A stretch of 64,000 nucleotides of DNA from Candidatus Micrarchaeota archaeon. Its GTDB lineage: Archaea > Micrarchaeota > Micrarchaeia > Anstonellales > Bilamarchaeaceae. How positions within the stretch are numbered: the first letter of the stretch is position 1; each line of letters opens with the position of its first letter. The DNA is taken from positions 25,071 to 89,070 of the forward strand of contig JAUSHJ010000045.1 of NCBI GenBank assembly GCA_030648615.1, written 5' to 3'. The notes beneath the pieces are model-generated. The model was not told the origin of the DNA. It saw only the letters and a list, made by a program, of their open reading frames with translations, and made no database searches. Below are positions 59,471 through 64,000 of this stretch, in pieces. A program made the position numbers and the translations under genes.

Positions 59471-61516
59471 TTACTTCTCCCCGACCAGCTTCACATGACC
59501 ATGCTCTTTCTCATATATTTCTCCTTTTCTTAGAAGTTCTGTAAGAATTCTTCTTGTCGTCTGCTCATCTATACCGGAACTTATTGCCATCTGAATTATC
59601 TTATCCAACTCAGCACTATCATTATTACGAAGAAGATCTTTTATGATGTCAATTATAGTATCTACTTTTTGGAGCTTCTCGCGTTCACTCTTAGGCTTGC
59701 CAGTGGCTACCACATCAACATCTAATACCCCGGTAGCTTTATCAGTCATAATTTGTTTCATGACATGATTCATAAGTGAAACTGCCATTTCAGCATCACG
59801 TTGTTCTACCAGTGGATTAAGTCGAATTTTTGCATTTGCTTCTGCTAATCTCACCAAACCTTCCAAATAACGAGGAGTAATTGCAATTGCACCTGCATCC
59901 TTGCTTCTTCTTCTCAAATCAACATAGAAATCTTTTATTTTATCTACTGCTTCATTTGTAAGTAAAGGTCTGATATTTCTTCTAGCATAGGCAATGTATT
60001 TCCTTAGAAAATCCTTTTCTACTAAGCGTTTATCTTCACGCGGTGCATCTCCCTTATGCGCTGCAAGTATCTGCTGTGCCAATTTCAGGTCTTTCTCTTC
60101 GTCTAATACGTCTACTATTGGAAATATTAAATCGAATCTCGACAAAAGTGTTGGTGGCACGTCAAATTGATCGCCTAAATTTTTATTCTGATCAAATCTG
60201 CCATATTTAGGATTTGCTGCAGCAAGAATCGCAGTTTTTGTTTTGAATGTGGCGACCATACCAGCTTTTGCAATACTTATCTGCTGGGATTCCATAACTT
60301 CGTGAAGTGCAGAACGATCTTCTTCTTCGATTTTATCGAACTCATCTAATTGAGCAGTACCACCGCTTGCAAGTACCAATGCACCTGCTTTCAGTGTCCA
60401 TCCACCCTCTCCTAATTCGTCCTTTTCGGCGCTCACCGTTAATCCCACACCACTCGTTGATTTACCACTAACAAAAATACTTTTTGGAGCTATATCTGAA
60501 ACACTATGCAAAAAACGGGATTTAGCAAGTCCCGGATCCCCTATAAGCAAAACATGTATATCGTCTCTTATGGGCAAACCACCAGGCATAGTTTTACCCC
60601 GTGTACCTCCAAATAACTGAAGTATCAATGCGCGTTTAACTTCCTGATGACCATAAATACCAGGTGCAATGGAATCGACCAAAATCTGCTCAATGTTAGA
60701 ATCTCTAGAAAATTCCAATATGCGTTTCTCCTCTTCCTTATCTATTTCTATTTCTTCAAAATCTTTTTTCAAACTTTTCACATATACTACATCTAAAAAT
60801 CGGCCATAAAGCATTTCTTGTTTCTGCTTTGTTTTTATCGGTTGTTTTAATCTTAGTACACCAACAACTTCAACATTGTCACCTGGAGAAATAGTATTTA
60901 TGAAATCGTCTTCCATTAAAAGCTCAATGTGAGCTGCAGGTGCACTGCCACGCACACGTTCAAGAAGCTCCTGTGCTTCTGCCTTCTGAATATCAGTAAA
61001 TTTACTTTCTTCATCCATTTGTTTTAAAGCAAATTTTTTACAAGTTTCGCATTTTTTTGGAGGGATAAAGTTTTTAGTTACTATTTCCCTCATAGTACTA
61101 TCGCACACATCACACTTGAACACAGCAATTTTTACCTTATGCATTGTTTCTGCACGTTTTGTTATAACACCCTTGAAAGAAACAAGTTCGTTAAGATCCT
61201 TGGCCCCCAGTTGCTCTATTAGAATATCTGTACCTGGAAAATTATGAAAACGAATATGTGGAGCAAAAATACCTCCACTTGCAAGGGAAAAATTCATCAG
61301 TTTTATTGATTCTTCTGCAGCTGCTATTACTAAATCAGGCTCTTTCATCAGCTTATCTGCTAAATCTGGATCAAAACGTTCTAGATCAGAATAGTCTATG
61401 AATATACTCCTTTTTTTAGGATAGACTAGAAGCAAACCATCAATATGTTTTTTATAAATTGATGTAAAGAATTCGTTGAACGAACTTATCAAAGGAGTCA
61501 GATCCAGTTTTTCCAT
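59471..61516 (-). CDS. mcm: MCM replicative helicase
   Basis: Walker A GDPGLAKS, Walker B DEFDKIEEEDRSALHE, Arg finger SRFD, zinc-finger Cys4 in N-domain; start at MEKLDL (61516) because the longer ORF overlaps apgM. Confidence 0.9.
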   Translation of the reverse strand: MEKLDLTPLISSFNEFFTSIYKKHIDGLLLVYPKKRSIFIDYSDLERFDPDLADKLMKEPDLVIAAAEESIKLMNFSLASGGIFAPHIRFHNFPGTDILIEQLGAKDLNELVSFKGVITKRAETMHKVKIAVFKCDVCDSTMREIVTKNFIPPKKCETCKKFALKQMDEESKFTDIQKAEAQELLERVRGSAPAAHIELLMEDDFINTISPGDNVEVVGVLRLKQPIKTKQKQEMLYGRFLDVVYVKSLKKDFEEIEIDKEEEKRILEFSRDSNIEQILVDSIAPGIYGHQEVKRALILQLFGGTRGKTMPGGLPIRDDIHVLLIGDPGLAKSRFLHSVSDIAPKSIFVSGKSTSGVGLTVSAEKDELGEGGWTLKAGALVLASGGTAQLDEFDKIEEEDRSALHEVMESQQISIAKAGMVATFKTKTAILAAANPKYGRFDQNKNLGDQFDVPPTLLSRFDLIFPIVDVLDEEKDLKLAQQILAAHKGDAPREDKRLVEKDFLRKYIAYARRNIRPLLTNEAVDKIKDFYVDLRRRSKDAGAIAITPRYLEGLVRLAEANAKIRLNPLVEQRDAEMAVSLMNHVMKQIMTDKATGVLDVDVVATGKPKSEREKLQKVDTIIDIIKDLLRNNDSAELDKIIQMAISSGIDEQTTRRILTELLRKGEIYEKEHGHVKLVGEK

Positions 61517-61580
61517 AATATCATCTAGAAAGGAGAAGAAGTGGAATACTATTAGATGACAAGGGTTTAATAAATTTATC

Positions 61581-62792
61581 TTGAAAACAAAAAATATGAA
61601 AAAAGCAATTTTATTCATTATAGATGGACTAGGAGATCTTCCGCATCCTGAAACTGGTAAAACACCGTTGCAGACTGCAAGACTTTTGAATTTTGAGAGA
61701 ATGGCAAAAGAAGGTTCCACTGGATTAATGAGTACTATTTCTAACGGAGTAGTGCCAGGCAGCGATGTTTCACATCTTCAGATACTTGGTTACGACCCTA
61801 AAGAATTTTATCCTGGACGTGGACCGTTGGAAGCCTATGGAGCTAACATGGAATTAAAGAAAGGGGATGTTGCATTCCGAGCAAACTTCGCAACACTTAC
61901 TGGTGGAAAAATCACTGATAGACGCGCAGGAAGGATAGATAGCGCAAGTGCAAAAAAACTTGAAAGCACCATCAACATGAAAATAGATGGTGTGCAATTT
62001 ATTTTCAAAGCAACAACAGAACATCGCGGTGCATTAGTAATGCGAGGAAAAGGACTTTCTGCAAACATTACGGATAGCGATCCACACCACGATAACGAAA
62101 CACCTATTTGTAAATCATTAGATAAAAAATCTGCAAAAACTGCAAAACTAATCAACAAATTTACTTCTGAAGTATATAAGAAACTAAATAATCATGAAGT
62201 CAATAAAGGAAGAGAGAAACCAGCCAATGTAATTCTCCTTAGAAGTGCTGGAATTGCAATGCAAGTTCCAAAGTTTCAGGAACAGTTCAAATTAACCGCA
62301 GCGTGTATCGCAGGTGGTGCACTCTACAAAGGAATTGCGAAATACCTGAGCATAGACGTAATTGAAGTAGATGGTGCTACCGGAGATAAAAACACTAGCC
62401 TTACTGCAAAAGGTAACGCAGCAGTAACTGTACTCAAAAACCATGATTTTGTATTTCTACATGTAAAAGCGTGCGACAGCTTCGGACACGATGGAGATTT
62501 CGAAGGCAAAACAAATATGCTGAAAAGAATTGATGCTGAATTACTTCCAATTCTACGTGAGAGCGGGGCAGCAATAATAATTACAGGAGATCATTCAACG
62601 CCGTGCATAAGAAAAGCACATTCTGGCCATGAAGTACCAATTCTAATCTGGGCTAAGGGGGAGAGGGTAGATGGTGGAACTACTTTCGATGAAATTGCAT
62701 GTATGAAAGGTGGCATAGGGCATATTAGGGGAAAAAATGTGATGCCACTAATTTTGGATATAATTGAAAAAGCAGAAAAATACGGAAGTTAA
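61581..62792 (+). CDS. apgM: 2,3-bisphosphoglycerate-independent phosphoglycerate mutase, archaeal type
   Basis: 403 aa; N-terminal AILFIIDGLGD and metal-binding DSFGHDGD, ITGDHSTP motifs. Confidence 0.9.
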   Translation: MKTKNMKKAILFIIDGLGDLPHPETGKTPLQTARLLNFERMAKEGSTGLMSTISNGVVPGSDVSHLQILGYDPKEFYPGRGPLEAYGANMELKKGDVAFRANFATLTGGKITDRRAGRIDSASAKKLESTINMKIDGVQFIFKATTEHRGALVMRGKGLSANITDSDPHHDNETPICKSLDKKSAKTAKLINKFTSEVYKKLNNHEVNKGREKPANVILLRSAGIAMQVPKFQEQFKLTAACIAGGALYKGIAKYLSIDVIEVDGATGDKNTSLTAKGNAAVTVLKNHDFVFLHVKACDSFGHDGDFEGKTNMLKRIDAELLPILRESGAAIIITGDHSTPCIRKAHSGHEVPILIWAKGERVDGGTTFDEIACMKGGIGHIRGKNVMPLILDIIEKAEKYGS

Positions 62793-62868
62793 CTAATTAT
62801 TAAAAATGCTTGGAAAGAAAACGATAAAAATAAAGAAAAAAAGGGAAAAAAATAAAAAAACGAGAGAA

Positions 62869-63450
62869 TTACTTCTCCCTGACTGAACCAGTTATGGCTG
62901 CACTTGCTTGTCTCCATACACTTTGATCAACATCGTTGTCAAAATTGTACCAAACCACAAATTGGCCTCGGAAATCTCCACCCACTGCAATTGAAACAGG
63001 AGTTGATGGAGTACCTGGTTTAGAAATACAATCAACAGTTGGAGAATCGGAACCAGTCAAAAATTTGACGCTTCCACCTGCAGGTACATTTAAGTCAGAT
63101 ACGAATTTTGTTCCCCAATTCCTTTTTACATCTCCAATAGCTGCATTAGTACAAAGAACCTGATGTACTTTAACATTCTGGCCTTGTTGATTAAACATTT
63201 GAATGGAAACTTTAACTACTCCGCCTTCATTGAATATCGTTGGCTTAGTGTCACCACAGCTCAAACCCGGTTGTGAGAACAAGCAGTTTTCAGGTGGCTT
63301 AAAGAATTGTCCAGATAGGAACCACAATGCGGCCAATACAATTACTATGACTAAGATTGCCCAACCATAGGTCATGAGGTATTCCATCGCCGCCTGTCCT
63401 TTCAGGTGGCGAGCTTTGAACGAATTGTCGTTCAAACTAATGGCAGCTTG
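62869..63450 (-). CDS. archaeal type IV pilin-like protein (class III signal peptide); start uncertain
   Basis: KGQAAMEYLMTYGWAILVIVIVLAALWFL is the canonical prepilin-peptidase-processed signal (cleavage after KG) plus hydrophobic pilin helix; the listed ORF start at 63498 adds 30 residues and a hairpin repeat. Confidence 0.7.
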   Translation of the reverse strand, partial: QAAISLNDNSFKARHLKGQAAMEYLMTYGWAILVIVIVLAALWFLSGQFFKPPENCLFSQPGLSCGDTKPTIFNEGGVVKVSIQMFNQQGQNVKVHQVLCTNAAIGDVKRNWGTKFVSDLNVPAGGSVKFLTGSDSPTVDCISKPGTPSTPVSIAVGGDFRGQFVVWYNFDNDVDQSVWRQASAAITGSVREK

Positions 63451-63460
63451 CCCGCGCAAA
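63416..63460. repeat. hairpin element, copy 8 (within the pilin 5' region)
   Basis: ttgaacgaattgtcgttcaa perfect 8-bp inverted repeat followed by aatggcagcttg (linker-like). Confidence 0.55.
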
Positions 63461-63508
63461 GAATTGTTTTTCTTTATTTTATTACTATACATACACAAAT
63501 CACCTACA

Positions 63509-64000
63509 CTAAGTTAATGAAAAGAAAAATGCTGCAAAGAAAGCATTCACCAGGAAATAAACTACATATGCTATGCTACAAACAAACGGGAAATATTTAA
63601 GTCCTTCATTCCTTGAACCAGTTTTGATAACACCAACTATAAATGATGAAAATAGAGAAGTGAGGAATATGATTGCAAGACTAAAGTAGAAAAATTCTCC
63701 AGAAGTTATTATAGGTGTTTGTAACCCAACAGTAGAAATACTTCCGAAAACACCAGTATTAACAGAAGAAACACTTGGTATTGCCAATCTATACTTTTCA
63801 AATACTTCTACGAGCTTTCCGGCAACTGCAAATAGGAATGGCGTACCGAAAGTACTTGCAAATAGAATGAATATCTCATATAAAATAAGTGATGATGCCA
63901 CTTCCTTTTTTGTTATTCCTGTTGAACGTACATCTTCAGAAGTACGAGTAAGTACAGCTGCAATTTCACCACCTGAGGCAGAGGATTGTTTTATCAATGC
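63509..64000 (-). CDS. TadC/FlaJ-like pilus assembly membrane protein (C-terminal part; gene continues past window end)
   Basis: GGEIAAVLTRTSEDVRSTG matches the type II secretion system F-domain signature; multiple transmembrane helices; adjacent to the pilin gene. Confidence 0.6.
   Translation of the reverse strand, partial: ALIKQSSASGGEIAAVLTRTSEDVRSTGITKKEVASSLILYEIFILFASTFGTPFLFAVAGKLVEVFEKYRLAIPSVSSVNTGVFGSISTVGLQTPIITSGEFFYFSLAIIFLTSLFSSFIVGVIKTGSRNEGLKYFPFVCSIAYVVYFLVNAFFAAFFFSLT

Noticed and set aside
61517-61720. 68-codon N-terminal extension of the MCM ORF (MEPSFAILSKF...)
   Set aside because: It overlaps the divergently oriented apgM start (61581) and is hydrophobic junk; the canonical MCM N-terminus begins at MEKLDL (61516)

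Overview
This is a low-GC archaeal chromosomal segment; the split RNA polymerase subunits, reduced gene content and AT-rich intergenic DNA suggest a DPANN-like lineage. The first ~20 kb on the minus strand carries the conserved information-processing superoperon. That is the ribosomal cluster (L14 partial, S17, RNase P Rpp29, SUI1, L29, S3, L22, S19, L2, L23, L4, L3) and the RNA polymerase cluster (rpoH, split rpoB''/rpoB', rpoA', rpoA'', L30e, NusA). Several lineage-specific genes interrupt it: two paralogous ORFs sharing an N-terminal motif between SUI1 and rnp1, four paralogous ~200-aa membrane-anchored proteins, and four small Arg-rich ORFs, three between rpoA' and rpoA'' and one between the rpoB halves. 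S12/S7/EF-2 are missing downstream of NusA. The middle of the window encodes housekeeping genes: GMP synthase GATase subunit, Ogg2, SAM hydroxide adenosyltransferase, TyrRS, an HD phosphohydrolase, IlvE plus a second class-IV aminotransferase-like protein, ABCE1, an M20 peptidase, a glycosylated surface protein, Alba, DUF92, a sugar nucleotidyltransferase, an Rnl3-like RNA ligase, a GNAT with a small upstream ORF, a HARP-like PIN protein, LeuRS, Trm5, a presenilin homolog, MCM and ApgM. A type IV pilin and a TadC/FlaJ-like gene sit at the window end. The most striking feature is a ~9 kb minus-strand array (43516-52704). It holds six tandem, translationally coupled paralogous polytopic membrane proteins of 331-555 aa that share a conserved loop motif (LRxFPPTRxxGG...YP). 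Four of the six also share a C-terminal G-L-T-[KHR]-L-[IV] end. A coiled-coil lipoprotein follows the array. I could not assign these proteins to any known family; they are the candidate undescribed membrane system. A second genome-wide signal is a family of at least eight intergenic clusters of short hairpins (arms TTGTYG...CRACAA, linker AATGGGCATMTTG, frequent 5' end TCCCAATTGT). Compensatory base changes preserve the stems, and the clusters sit at operon boundaries, including both boundaries of the membrane array's downstream half. No tRNA, rRNA, CRISPR array, transposase or integrase was recognised.
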